A stretch of DNA of 64,000 nucleotides from Calditrichia bacterium (GTDB lineage: Bacteria; Calditrichota; Calditrichia; JAJRVZ01): contig CAWCNS010000008.1 of NCBI GenBank assembly GCA_963796965.1, positions 64,001 to 128,000 on the forward strand, written 5' to 3'. The notes under the pieces are model-generated. The model saw only the letters and a list, made by a program, of their open reading frames with translations, did no database searches and was not told the origin of the DNA. This document shows positions 39,855 to 51,778 of this stretch, one piece after another (position 1 is the stretch's first letter; each line of letters begins with the position of its first letter). Both the position numbers and the translations under genes were made by a program.

Positions 39855-42222
39855 TCATTTGGTAATCACCCGAACATCCATTTCCTCTTGATTACGCACA
39901 ATTTTCAACTCCAACTTACCCTTCCAGTTATTTCCCTGATAGGCAAAGAGAAGATCTTCTGTATCCTTAATTTCTTTTTCCTCGCACCAGATGATGACAT
40001 CCCCTTTTTTCAGATCAGATCGGGCAATAACACTCCCTTCAGCGATCGATAATATAACCACACCTGCCTTTTTACTTAACCCAAAGGCAGACTGATCTTC
40101 TATAGTAAGGATATTTTTAAGGGTGGCGCCGAGCCAGGTAATCGCCTCGCCCTTCATTTTCTGAAAATCGCGGATATATAATTCAGGGATTTCCGGCTCT
40201 TTGGCAATTTTTTTTAAAATTTTGTTTTGTACGCCGAAATTTTCCATAGAGAAATTTTGGAATCCCAGGGTCAGCGCCGGTGAATTTTCTCCCACTCTAA
40301 AATCACCATGTTCAGGATCTACAAATAGTGGATTTCCATGGATACTCTTTTTATCTGTACCATTATTACGGGCCTTCTCTAATGCATCTTCAGTAGGAAA
40401 TAAATTAAATTCGATTTCCTTCCCCCAGCCTTTCAGCCATATATCCTTGTGTTCGGTCATTACAATGTTTTTTCGAAATATATCACCGCTGTTTTTAAAC
40501 CACACATGGGGATGGAAACCGTTATTTACCATGATATTATTTTCGACGGTTCTGTTAAATCCCTCACGAAGTTTAATACCGCCATTCAGACATAAATTGT
40601 TGTATATATGATAGTTAGACGATCCATCATCCAGATCGATATCCCAGCCATGATCACAGCGGAAACGGTTATTTCGTATAATGGTTGTATGGATAGCATC
40701 CCATTGGATCATTTCCGGATACTGTTCAACCAGTTCTTCTAATACCTCTCGCTTGGGATGCCAGAAGCGGTCACGGCCCCATGAGTTAAATGATCCATGA
40801 TCTCCAGTTTCAAGAACCGTATTAAAAACATCATTATACTCGATGATATGCCCACCCCAGGTACCATCGCCAATATTTATGCCGGCCCTGGGGACGTCAT
40901 AGATACTGTTATGGCTGACGGTAATATTTTGAGCCATGGCGATTTGAATACCAGCTGTCTGTTTTTCGATCCGTCCTATTCTGTGTATCAAATTGTTATC
41001 CACAAGGCAATTGGCCGGATACAACTCATTTTTTGGCACCGATCTCCTTATCCATTTCATCATAAGGAACAAAATCATAATACCAAAAAGAGGGTGACCG
41101 GACCGCTGAGGTATCACCAACGAATGAGATAGCGGTAGCACCGCATTCATAGATATGATTACCTGAGATGGTGATATCGCGGTTGTAACGATTTACAAAG
41201 ATGACATTACCACCTAAATTTGCAAATTGACAATCCCGGATCTCACAATTTTCAGCACCTTCAATCAATAAAGAGCCACCACGGTACATACACCAATCGC
41301 TTCTCAGGAGTTTATCATAATCTTCCATAAAAGTGCGGGCTGTATGCTCAAAACGGATACCCTGGATTCGGATATCTTTAACCGGTTCTGCCATACTTCC
41401 TTTTATTTCGATGAGATGTTTTAATACCGGTATTTCGATTAGGGCTTTTTTAAGATCTAATCCTTCGGGTGGCCAGAAATAGAGTTTTCTGTTTTCAGAA
41501 TCAAAAAACCATTCTCCAGGGCTGTCTAATTCTTCAAAAACATTTTCGACCATACGATACCTATCATTTAAACCATTCTCGGGACGGTTATTCTGATGGC
41601 CACCTTTTAGGATGGCCTCCCCATTATCATCAACACCCACAATTTGATAATGAAAGTCTCCCCATTCTCCTTTATGCATGATATGGACATAGGCTCCCGA
41701 AGGATTCTTCCAAGTTTTTATCCGTGCTGGTGAGATAGCATCGGCAGCATGTCCCTGCCAATGCCCGCCCTCTTCATCATAGTTGGGATATCGGGCCAGG
41801 ATCTGAAGTTCCCCGTTAACGACCAATTGATCAAAAGCCAGATTTTCCTGTATTTCAGATTGCCATATTTGTTGCGTATGCTTCTTCCACCTTAATTTAA
41901 GTTTCTTTGAGCCCTTAATTAAAATCTTTCCCCCACCAGAAATAGAAAGATGTGACAATTCAGGGCCAATTTTGAGGGGCGTGTCAAGATAATAGGTGCC
42001 GGGTAGAAGATGAATTTCAACCAGATTTTCCGTATTGTTCTTTTTTAATGTGCGGACTTTCTCGAGAGCCACATCAATTCGGGCCAAGGGTGAATCCTTG
42101 GTTCCTGAATTCTGATCATTTCCTTTTTCACCTATATAAAGCCTATGCGAATCAGCGGTTACACAAACAGAATTAATTAGATTCACAATTATAAAAATAA
42201 AAACCAGCATATTTTTTTTCAT
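39855..42222 (-). CDS. Right-handed parallel beta-helix protein (GH141-like) with C-terminal PDZ-like domain; frameshift at ~41035
   Basis: LLPGTYYL, ARYPN, ENVFEELDSPGEW, DHGSFNSWGRDR, WDIDLDDGSS, LKKGDVII; the break falls in a T7 run. Confidence 0.75.
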
Positions 42223-42263
42223 TTCAATTAAATATCTCTCTATTAATTAATATTTTTTTAATA

Positions 42264-42406
42264 ACCACGAAGTAAAGACACGAAGCACACGAAGATAAAA
42301 AGCAATTTATAATTAAAAGTTTGAGTGACATATAATAAGATTAATCATTAAACATCAGTGTATATAAACTCTTAATTTTTAAATAAATCTTCGTGTGCTT
42401 CGTGGT
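42264..42406. repeat. CACGAAG-family inverted repeat with an AT-rich spacer
   Basis: cacgaagcacacgaagat pairs perfectly (18 bp) with atcttcgtgtgcttcgtg. Confidence 0.8.
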
Positions 42407-42418
42407 ATAATAATCAGA

Positions 42419-43615
42419 CTAATCAATAAGATAGATCTCACAGAATTGATAGTATGTTCCGTCCGTTTTTACAGTATTCTTTTTTGATTTTCCAGAAGAT
42501 TCCACGAGGAGATTATAACTCTGATTGGGCTCCAATCGAAATATCAAAAAATCATTAAAATCATACTTCTCGTCTTTGGTCTCTCCCTCGGCGATAGTCT
42601 TCTCACCACTTTTTACCACCACTTTACCAATTATCCGTTCACCCTTTTTCTTATCGAAAAGACGAACTGCCAGATTTATCAGACCATCCTTTCCAACATC
42701 TTTACTATAGCGATCGGTCACAATATCCCCACTTACATAAGTCGCTGATTTGTCAAAAAGGGGCGGGAAGATAACATTTGTTTTTTTATAAGATGTAGCA
42801 TAAATACTATATTTCCATTCACTGTCATTGGACGTAACTGCCCGTTCCCCGAACCAGGTTTTGTCTAAGGGACTTTTTTCCCCGGCACCAATAAAATGCC
42901 ACCCTTCGTCCCAAACTTCTACCCAGGAATGGTTCCCTGATTTATCAACCCATAGGGGAACACCAACAAATCGTGCCGGTACACCTACAGCACGGCAGGC
43001 ATCAATTAATAATATAGATAATCCCGTACATGATGCCAGACCGGCTTCGATTGATTCATAGGGACTCTGATCTGCTTTTGGCCTTTTAGTGGAATATTTT
43101 ACATTCACCATATCCCAAATCTCGTTATTTAATTTCACTGTAGCCTCACCCGGGGTTTGGAGATCATTTACGAGGGGTAAGAATTTTTTCATAAAATCTG
43201 CTCGCCAATCATCCCGTCGTTCATGAATACTCACGTAAGGAAGAACATAATTCAAAAAAATATCCTCCGGGATCTGTTTACCCCAGGCAACGGAATCCAT
43301 TACGGCATATCCCAAACTAATATTGGTTAAGATAAAATCTGCAGTAAGGGATGTCAGATCACGTTCGGGCATATTTGCCAGAAGAAATCCAAGCCCTTGC
43401 AATTGATCATCAGGACAGTTTTCAATCGCTTTTATGATTTCTTCTGAATTATTTCCGGCATCATTCAGGGCCTGCTTTACGGCATTCTGGTAAGCAGCAG
43501 GCAAACGATTAGCAGAAGAAGTATCGATCGATTGCTCCTGGCTGCAGGAAAGGGCCTGAATTGAAATAATAAGAAAAATAATGAATGATAGAGACAAGGT
43601 AAAAATTCTATACAT
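42419..43615 (-). CDS. Transglutaminase-like domain protein, secreted or lipoprotein
   Basis: SCTGLS..CRAVGVPARFV, NHSWVEVW; likely start MYRIF at 43615. Confidence 0.8.
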   Translation of the reverse strand: MYRIFTLSLSFIIFLIISIQALSCSQEQSIDTSSANRLPAAYQNAVKQALNDAGNNSEEIIKAIENCPDDQLQGLGFLLANMPERDLTSLTADFILTNISLGYAVMDSVAWGKQIPEDIFLNYVLPYVSIHERRDDWRADFMKKFLPLVNDLQTPGEATVKLNNEIWDMVNVKYSTKRPKADQSPYESIEAGLASCTGLSILLIDACRAVGVPARFVGVPLWVDKSGNHSWVEVWDEGWHFIGAGEKSPLDKTWFGERAVTSNDSEWKYSIYATSYKKTNVIFPPLFDKSATYVSGDIVTDRYSKDVGKDGLINLAVRLFDKKKGERIIGKVVVKSGEKTIAEGETKDEKYDFNDFLIFRLEPNQSYNLLVESSGKSKKNTVKTDGTYYQFCEIYLID

Positions 43616-43684
43616 TTTGTTCTCCTGGTATATTAATTGGATTTCCATCAATTTTTGTAACACAAATTTAATTATAATTATTTT

Positions 43685-43710
43685 GAGACGTCCCACCGGG
43701 ACGTCTCTAC
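43685..43710 (-). repeat. GTAG-family REP palindrome
   Basis: Minus strand GTAGAGACGTCCCGGTGGGACGTCTC: 5' GTAG plus a perfect 10-bp stem. Confidence 0.7.
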
Positions 43711-43872
43711 GGCCTCTGCGTTATAAACTATCTATCCTTAATACTTATTTTCATTCATATCTGCCTAAATTAGATAACTTTAGTAAACGGTATCATTTTT
43801 TGAAATTCGTGAAATTCGAATAAATCCGTGTAATTAGTGGAAGTCTTTTCACTGCGGCGCTGCGTGAGGTAT

Positions 43873-45969
43873 TCATTCCGTCATAAACCGCCATGATATT
43901 TCCCCATAACTCCACGGCCTTCCCCCCTTCAGTTCAGAGACGGCACCGACAAGTTTACCCGTAATATCTTTTTTAACACGGAGTTCCCGCCAGGTAGATT
44001 CTCCTCTTTCATAATCAAATGTCTGACCATCGTCATCATAAAGAAAAAAGGATCCACTTTCTTTTCCATAATGCCTCACTTCAAGCGGGATATCCTCCTG
44101 GAGTTGGGTGGTATTCAATAGAGCCGGGCCCATGGGGATAAGAGCACCTCCCTTAACAAATAAAGGAATTTTATTCAATCCCGGAGAAACCTTGATGATC
44201 TCATTATTACCTAACCTCTTTCCGTTATAGAAATCATACCAATCCCCTTCGGGCAAAATAACCTCTCGCGTCCTCTCACCGGCAAACATTGGGGCGACGA
44301 TCATATCCTTACCCATCATGTACTGGGACTTAATTTCCTTACCCTGATCATCAAAACCTGAGATCAGGTTCATTGAATAGAAGGGTGGTATTCCTTCAGA
44401 TTGGTATCGCGCAAACAATGTATAAATATAGGGTATGAGTTGCATCCGCAAGAGAGCCACTTTTTGTACTTCTTTATAGACCGTTGGAAATGACCAGGGT
44501 TTTGTTCCATCTGCCCAGGCATTGATCATCGCTATGGGTGAGAAACAAACCGATTGCATACGCCTCAACCATTCCTCGGCAGATCTTGAACTGCGCGCTT
44601 CCGGCACCCATAAGACACCATTAAAACTACTGTTCACGAGAGCGGTTATAAAATCCTTATGACTGTAATAATCGTTATAAATCACAAAAGGAAAATAGGA
44701 AGATCCGGCGTTAGCCCCTCTGACAAGACCATAGGTTCTCAGATTATTCCGGTGGTAAATATCGGTTAGCATATTCAACAATTTTAGGGCATAGACCTGT
44801 CGCATCTCTTCCCCATCTAAACCGGAGGGGAACGTCGCCACATCCGGCCATAACCAAAAATCATAACCATCACATTCATCCACTTTAAATCCACTGATCC
44901 CTTTTTGAATCAATTCTTTCTCAAAATAAGATTTTGCAATTGCTTCTGCCTCTGGTACTAAATAATCAGGTACTTCCCCCAACCAGACCGTATGTGACCC
45001 CGTGTAATCCTTTATATCTTCATATATCGGTGATTCCGGCGAAACGTAGGGATTCATCCACAAATTTAACTTTACGCCTTGGCTGTTCATATCTGCAATA
45101 AACTTGTCCGGATCAGGGAACCGTGATTTATCCCAGGCATAGGAACATGGATAGGATTTGCTTTGCCACCCGGGTTCGAGACCCAAAACATCGAGAGGAA
45201 AGCCCTTCTCCCTAAATTGATCAACTTCTTGTATTGCCTGCTCATCTGTGTATAAAGTAGGTACACGGTGCCAGAATCCTAACCCCCATTTGGGCGGCAA
45301 ACATCCACCGCCACAATAAAGATTGTATCGTTTTACAACATCCATCGGTTCCGGACCCGCAAAAACCAGAATTTCAGCATTTTTATCCGGGATCCTTATC
45401 TCAATAGCATCGGAGATGGGTTGTGCCGACCAGGCAGGGTCTGTGTTCCTATCCTTGGGCTGCGGGCGGTTGGGACTATCCTTGCGATTGGCCGTACCCA
45501 CATAAACATCAATATATCTGGCGGAATTTATCAATATCCCATATCCCTTGCTTGAAATGATCAGCGGTACCGGTGCATGGGTTCGGCCCACATCCATTCC
45601 CACATAATGATCCACATGGAGACGATATAGATTACCCCGGCGGTATACGGATTTAAAATACAATCCCAGACCAAAGATCTGCTCATCAGCCTGAAGGGGA
45701 AATTTTAAATAAATGTGATTGTCATTTACCTGAAATGTTATTTCTTCTTCCGGGATTGGAAAATCCTGACTCCCAAGTTTTTCAATCGCCGCAAGCTGAG
45801 GCTTAATACCGGCCACATCCAGAAGGCTGACAAATTCTTCGGAACTGACCGTAGCCCCCCAAACACCTGTGGCTCTTTTATTAAAGTCCAGACCACTCTT
45901 ATCATTTGATATATTACTACAACTAAAGAGAATTAATAGGGGAATCAATAGAACCAATATTTTTTTCAT
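43873..45969 (-). CDS. GH31 glycoside hydrolase, lipoprotein
   Basis: LFSC lipobox; LPPKWGLGFW, WDKSRFPDP, GFKVDE, LIPYIY, QYMMG..IVAP, YDDDG. Confidence 0.88.
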   Translation of the reverse strand: MKKILVLLIPLLILFSCSNISNDKSGLDFNKRATGVWGATVSSEEFVSLLDVAGIKPQLAAIEKLGSQDFPIPEEEITFQVNDNHIYLKFPLQADEQIFGLGLYFKSVYRRGNLYRLHVDHYVGMDVGRTHAPVPLIISSKGYGILINSARYIDVYVGTANRKDSPNRPQPKDRNTDPAWSAQPISDAIEIRIPDKNAEILVFAGPEPMDVVKRYNLYCGGGCLPPKWGLGFWHRVPTLYTDEQAIQEVDQFREKGFPLDVLGLEPGWQSKSYPCSYAWDKSRFPDPDKFIADMNSQGVKLNLWMNPYVSPESPIYEDIKDYTGSHTVWLGEVPDYLVPEAEAIAKSYFEKELIQKGISGFKVDECDGYDFWLWPDVATFPSGLDGEEMRQVYALKLLNMLTDIYHRNNLRTYGLVRGANAGSSYFPFVIYNDYYSHKDFITALVNSSFNGVLWVPEARSSRSAEEWLRRMQSVCFSPIAMINAWADGTKPWSFPTVYKEVQKVALLRMQLIPYIYTLFARYQSEGIPPFYSMNLISGFDDQGKEIKSQYMMGKDMIVAPMFAGERTREVILPEGDWYDFYNGKRLGNNEIIKVSPGLNKIPLFVKGGALIPMGPALLNTTQLQEDIPLEVRHYGKESGSFFLYDDDGQTFDYERGESTWRELRVKKDITGKLVGAVSELKGGRPWSYGEISWRFMTE

Positions 45970-46032
45970 TAAATAACCTCAAGATGTTTATCTTTTATGA
46001 TAGCGGAGACAGAAATAAGATCAATATTTTTT

Positions 46033-46147
46033 AAACACAAAGATCACAAAGAAATCACAAAGGACCCAAAGTTCATTATATAGTTTAAAAAATTCGTACA
46101 ATTCGTATTAATCCGGCCTGGCTCGTTCTACGAGCGAAATTCGTGGA
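46033..46147. repeat. 9-mer repeat cluster interrupted by a 19-nt hairpin
   Basis: CACAAAG-like x4, then aattcgtacaattcgtattaatccg[gcctggctcgttctacgag]cgaaattcgtgg. Confidence 0.75.
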
Positions 46148-46152
46148 TAACT

Positions 46153-47983
46153 TTATTCTATGATAATCTCATCAACAAACAACCAGGCCTTGCCGCCCTT
46201 TCCTTTATGCCATGCCGGACAGATCCTAATATTTTCTGCCTTAATTTTGATATATTTGGCCTTTGCTGCATCTGTATCAACAGAAATATCTCTGATCTCA
46301 ATTCCATCCATTTTTTGGTCGGATTCTATCCTGACCTTTCCAACCGGAGAATAGGATATTCCATCTATAGAAATTAAGAATTCCACTGATTTTGGAAAGA
46401 AAATCCAGGAATTTTGATTTTGAATGCATCCTAAAGCTCATTTTATTGATCGTTCTCTCACGTCCAAAATCGATTATCGCTTCAAAATCAACTTGCTCAA
46501 ATCCCACCCATTTGCCATCCTGGTAGTTACGTGAGCCGCGAATTTCATCGATGAGTGATGCCTCACCCTTGGCTCCGTATTTATTGCTATACGCATATTT
46601 AAAATGAACCTGTGAGCCCTGAATTCCTGTGAGAATATTCTCAGGAACTTCCAGAGCGGCGAGCGTTTCTGCTGACTTATCTAAAACGAGTTCAAGAACC
46701 GTATCGTTATCATCTACTGGTTTTCCAGGTAACTGAATCTTTATTTTTGAATCAGTTTCTGTGAAAGACAACGAAGGGCCATTTAATATATTTACCGACA
46801 ATAATTTATGATTCCCTAGTTCCGGCAAAATCAATTTTTCTTCAGGCCACTTAAACAGATGAATAAAGATCTTCTCCTTTTTATGTGTTGAGGCCATCCA
46901 TGAGGTGGGTTTAATTGGGCCTCCTTTGGTACCGTATATACTCTCTCCGTATTTTTTCAGCCATTGACCTACTTCAAGCAAGCGGTCTTTTTGACGCTGC
47001 TCTATCCGCCCGTCGAGCATTGGCCCGACATTAAGCAGCAAGTTGCCCCCTCCTCCTGCCGTTTGTGCCAGGGTTTGGATGCATTCTTTCAGGCTTTTCA
47101 TCTGGTCATTGGGTTTCCAGGCCCACTGTCGGCAGATAGTGATACAGGATTCCCAGGGAATATTCGGATGAAAACTGCCAATTTCCTGTTCCGGTGTGCC
47201 AAAATCACCGGCAAAAGACTTTGCCGTGGTCATTCCCTGCATGCCTGATCTGCCCTTGTCTACCCGATTATTGATCAAAACACCGTCTTTTAATGCGCGC
47301 ACATATTTATATAGATCCATTCCCATTTCATGCGTCCAGGAAGCCTCCCATTCACCATCAAACCAGAGAATATTTGTATCATAGTTCACAATGAGTTCTT
47401 TTATCTGATTTTTTAAATATTTTACATATGAATCCATTGACGATTCATCAACCGGGCGGGGATCGCCGCCATATCGGGTTGTGTAATCGGGATGATGCCA
47501 GTCACAGATGGAATGGTAGGTACCAAAGAGGATACCATGCCGCCGGCAGGCCTCGGAGAGCTCTTTTAAGATGTCCCGCTTGAACGGCGTGGACATGATA
47601 TCATAATCGGTATAATCTGAATCCCAGATACAGAAACCATCATGGTGTTTTGAAGTGATAATGATATATTTCATCCCTGCCTCTTTTACCATTTCCACCC
47701 ATTTATCGGCGTCGAATAAAAGGGGATTGAATTCTTTGTATAGATTGTCATATTCATCAATAGAAACATCACGACCTCTTGACCAGCCTATTTCCGTTCC
47801 ACGAAGACTGACCGGACCCCAGTGGATGAACAGGCCGTACTTCATGTCCTGCCATTGTTTCAAAGCTTCCAAATTTGTTTTTAAATCCGGATTTGCTTCT
47901 CCCCCGCCACCAACCTCTTGTGCCCGCGCAAAAGCAAACCAGAACGTCGAATATCAAAAAAATAACTTTAATCATTTTTTCAT
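46153..47983 (-). CDS. GH29 alpha-L-fucosidase with C-terminal F5/8-like domain; frameshifts near 47975, 47930 and 46430
   Basis: KYGLFIHWG, GMKYIIITSKHHDGF, ILWFDGEW, TPEQ, WESC, NLLLNVGP; the tail WLFVDEII is in ORF 46153..46386. Confidence 0.88.
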
Positions 47984-48048
47984 TCTTTAGAAATCCTATT
48001 TTATACTTTATAGTAAAATTTTTAGGTACAATTTAAAAACGGGGGATG

Positions 48049-48119
48049 GTCATGCCGAATTCATTTCGGCATCTCAAATTTTTATACATAAGGAGATCCT
48101 GAACTAAATTCAGGATGAC
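48049..48119. repeat. Inverted pair of GTCATCCTGAA-family palindromes (REPIN-like)
   Basis: gtcatgccgaattcatttcggcatctc (48049-48075) and gagatcctgaactaaattcaggatgac (48093-48119). Confidence 0.8.
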
Positions 48120-48264
48120 TATCTACTCAATATTGCTTAGCGCCATTAAATTTATGAATATTACTACGGTAATACACCTCATACAGAGACTCAGAGGACA
48201 CAGTAAACTCTGCACTAAAAAATTACCTGAATTTTATCTTTATTCCTTTTTTAGCTGGCATGTA

Positions 48265-51200
48265 TTACTTTTCTATCACCTTTAGCTCCGCCAGCGAAGC
48301 AAAATTTTGCCCCTTAAATCCTTCTAAAGCCACAAAACGAATATATCTGGTTTTCACTGCCTTCCCTAACCTCACCTCTTTTTCACTTTTATCATAATTA
48401 AGATCAGCAGTGACAATGGGTTGATTCCAATCCTTACCGTCACCGCTGATATAAAACTCTCCTCTGGATATCCACCCTCCGCTGATACCATCCTGACGGG
48501 GAAGTAGGGTAAATCCTTCAATCACAATTTCTTTTCCCAGATCGATCCGGATATCATGAGGATAATCCGGTTCCTTGACCTGCCAGGGCGTATGCCAGAT
48601 TGTAGTTGGATCATCATCGAGTATATTACTTGCTTCTAAACCAGAGAATTGGCTACTGCAGTAAATAATTTTAGATTCTGACATAATCGATGGTTTTTTT
48701 AATAAATCCTGAACAGATTGTATAGCGAGTTCCACTTCTGGATTAAAACGGCTACCTGTCATATAGTTTTGAAGAGAGAAGAGTAATTGCCGTGCTTCTG
48801 GTCTATTATTTAAATCCGTTTGTAAGTCAACACCAGAAATGATCATTTTCCCTTTGCCTGCTTTAGCCTCTACGACCATACCCAATGGTCTGTTCTCGAA
48901 CCAATCGTCGATAATCCTGACGATAGGTTTCAAATCCTTATCCAGGTAGTTTAAATTTATCGCCTGACAATGACTCATGGCATCCCACCATTGCCAGTTA
49001 CTATGGTATTCAGTGGGGAATTCAGCGAGGGCAGGATGTGCAGGATCACATAGAATTCCTAATGTATGCGGAGCCTGTTTGCTTGTCCAGGCTGTATTCC
49101 AAAAGATACTGGAAAAACCAACCTTTATCTCCCCGCCTTTCTCAGGTTTCAGACTTCCATTTTTAAGACTAAGCAGGACATTCCCACCCGCTTCTAGCCG
49201 GGCCAATGCATCCTCATCTAAAACTGAGGTCAGATAAACTTCTGATGGGTCAATGGAACTGTGGGTGGCCGGGAAGATCCAGATATCCCAGGAATTGGAA
49301 TAACCAGCCACATCAACAATCAAAATCAATTTCTGAGGCTTTTTAAACTGATTTGCATCGGCTCTAACCTGGCCAAGTTTTATATTGTTTCCCAGAGGAA
49401 TATCGCGCTTAGAGAATTGCCCTTTTATAACTTCGGTACCGCTCTCATCTAGAATTGTCCAGGATGCCTGGATATTCTTTAAAGATGAGGGGCCGAAATG
49501 GGCGGCCTCTAGATCCGCTTCAATTATTTCGTTGTTCAGAAATATTCGTTTTTTAAAACGGGCCAGAGGAACCAACTGGCTGCAGAAGCGATTGAACTCA
49601 GATGGTTTTATATAGCCTTTCTCCTCCCAAAAAGGATCCAGAACACCTACCAGAGCGGTACCCTGACCAGGGAAATCATGCAAATCGAGCAACTGAAATC
49701 CAGCAAATCCCGGGGTGCGCAAGGCCGCTTCAATTTCATACTTATAGCAGAGGGCCTGCAACTTTCCGGAAGCGAGTAAAAAATCTTCAGCCAGATACCC
49801 CATGCTATTTTCTTCCAGGCTTTCCTGAAATATTTCAAAATTTTTAGCCTTTAAGACACCGGTATACTTTTTTAATTTCTTTAAAATTGGGATACACACA
49901 CCATTGGCCGATTTCATGTCCAACAGCTGGTTTATCGGAGAATTTTTCGGCCAGGATATCCCCAAAATCAAAAGCAGTCTGTGGTGGTTTGCTGTTAATA
50001 ATACTTCTGAGACCTTCTCCCCAGCGTTGGATACGTGGATCCATGGGATTATAATATTCCATTTCCTCTACCGGAGGCCAGCCGGCACCACTGGTATAGA
50101 CCCTTCGTGAATCCCTCTTTTTCCAATGACGGACAAAGGCATTTAAGTATTTACCCTGATTCTGTCCACCCGGTTCATTACCATAGGCCATCATACAGAA
50201 CGAAGGGTGATTTCCGTATAGCATCCAATATGCTTTCAGCCTCTTCATATAACCATTTATCAATCGGTTTCCCATCCCCAAGGCTTGACGATCCATTTGC
50301 CCAGCTGGAGCATTCTACTTGCAAATAAATCCCCACTCTGTCTGCCGCGGCAAAGGCCGCCTCGGGCGGACACCAGGAATGAAAACGCATATGATTTAAA
50401 CCATGTGCTTTTATCGTATTAAAAATCCTTTTCCATTCTTCAACATCTGTTGAGGGATAACCCGTTTTTGGGAAGATGGCACATTCCAGAGTCCCCCGCA
50501 GAAAAACAGGTCTGCCGTTGATGATAAAATTTGTACCTTCGGTTTTAAATTCACGCATACCAAAATTTATTTTTTTTGAGGTGTAACCGGTTTCATTCTC
50601 TAATTCCAGATGCATGGTATAAACATTCGGCTGAAATTCATCCCATAATAAGGGCGTATCACCCATCGGGTAGACAATCTCAAGTTCCTGATTATTTTCC
50701 ACTTTAACTTCTTTGATCAGGGAATTGAGTTTAGTATCCGCGTTACCAACCGATAGTTTTAACGTACAATTTCCCAGGTTTTTCGAAAGGGTCTTCAAAC
50801 GCAATTTAACAAGAACCTGCTTATTGAGGATATCCGGGAATATTCTTACCTTGTCAAAGGTAACGTCACCTTGGGCCATGACCATGATATTACCAACAAT
50901 ACCATTCCAGTTGGTTTGGGTATGATCAGAAACACTATGAGAATTTAAACCTGGATCAATCTCCTTTATTCGGTTATCAATTCTGATAGTGATAACATGT
51001 TTTCCGGGACTCATAACTCCACTCAAATTATAGATATGGGCTGTTGCCAGACTATTTTGCATACCTATTTTCTGATTATCCACCCAAATTGTAGACTCCC
51101 AGTGACATCGTTCTAACAGCAACTCAATAAAATTGTCTTTCCAATTCTCTGGTATCTCGATCTCTTTCCGGTACCAGGCCACCCCGACATAGTGTTTTAC

Positions 51201-51563
51201 TGGTTGTAACCAAAAGGGAATCTTTATATTTCCCTTTTCACGATAGCGGCTGTATTTATCATCCGTATACCAGGATTTATCTACAACTTGCCCGGTCCAT
51301 TTGGTCCGGACCGACACATCGTCGCCTTTCCCATTTTCTGCCATTGAGCCAGGAAGATTGACGGTTTCACTAAGTCTTTTTGAAAACCATTTTTCCGAGG
51401 TACCAATATCAAGAGAGTCTATTTGAAACTGCCACACTCCGGATAGATCAATTTCCTGAATGTTTTGCTTTCTCATGGTATTCTCAGCATAAATCAATGG
51501 TATAAATAAGAAAATATACATTAGGGGATCTTTAAACAGGATGGATTTAAAAAGTGGTTTCAT
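48265..51563 (-). CDS. GH2-family glycoside hydrolase with C-terminal F5/8 domain; frameshifts at ~50220 and ~49870
   Basis: FLRGTLEC, MRFHSWCPP, GNHPSF..GNE, HEIGQW, GFQLLDLHDFPGQGTALVG and WHT..YPH are spread over three overlapping ORFs. Confidence 0.85.
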
Positions 51564-51636
51564 TAGCAACTCACTCGATAAGTTTAGGATGTATTAAAAA
51601 TTATTTTAAACTGCATTAATGATACATTCTTTTTCT

Positions 51637-51710
51637 AACGCAGAGTACGTTGAGGATCGCAGAGATATTTAGAGATTTCTTTGTGACTTCTTTGTGTCCT
51701 TTGTGGTTAT
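51637..51710. repeat. 9-mer periodic repeat cluster
   Basis: aacgcagagtacgttgaggatcgcagag ... ctttgtgacttctttgtgtcctttgtggtt. Confidence 0.6.
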
Positions 51711-51778
51711 CTTTAATCTTGTCTTTTTTCTTTGTACCGCACTTTCAGGCAGCTCATTGCATGAAATTATAAGACTCG

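Noticed and set aside
39651..39858. Small ORFs on both strands
   Set aside because: They are translations of 9-mer repeats and T-runs (FATLQLCE, LCVFAALRE).
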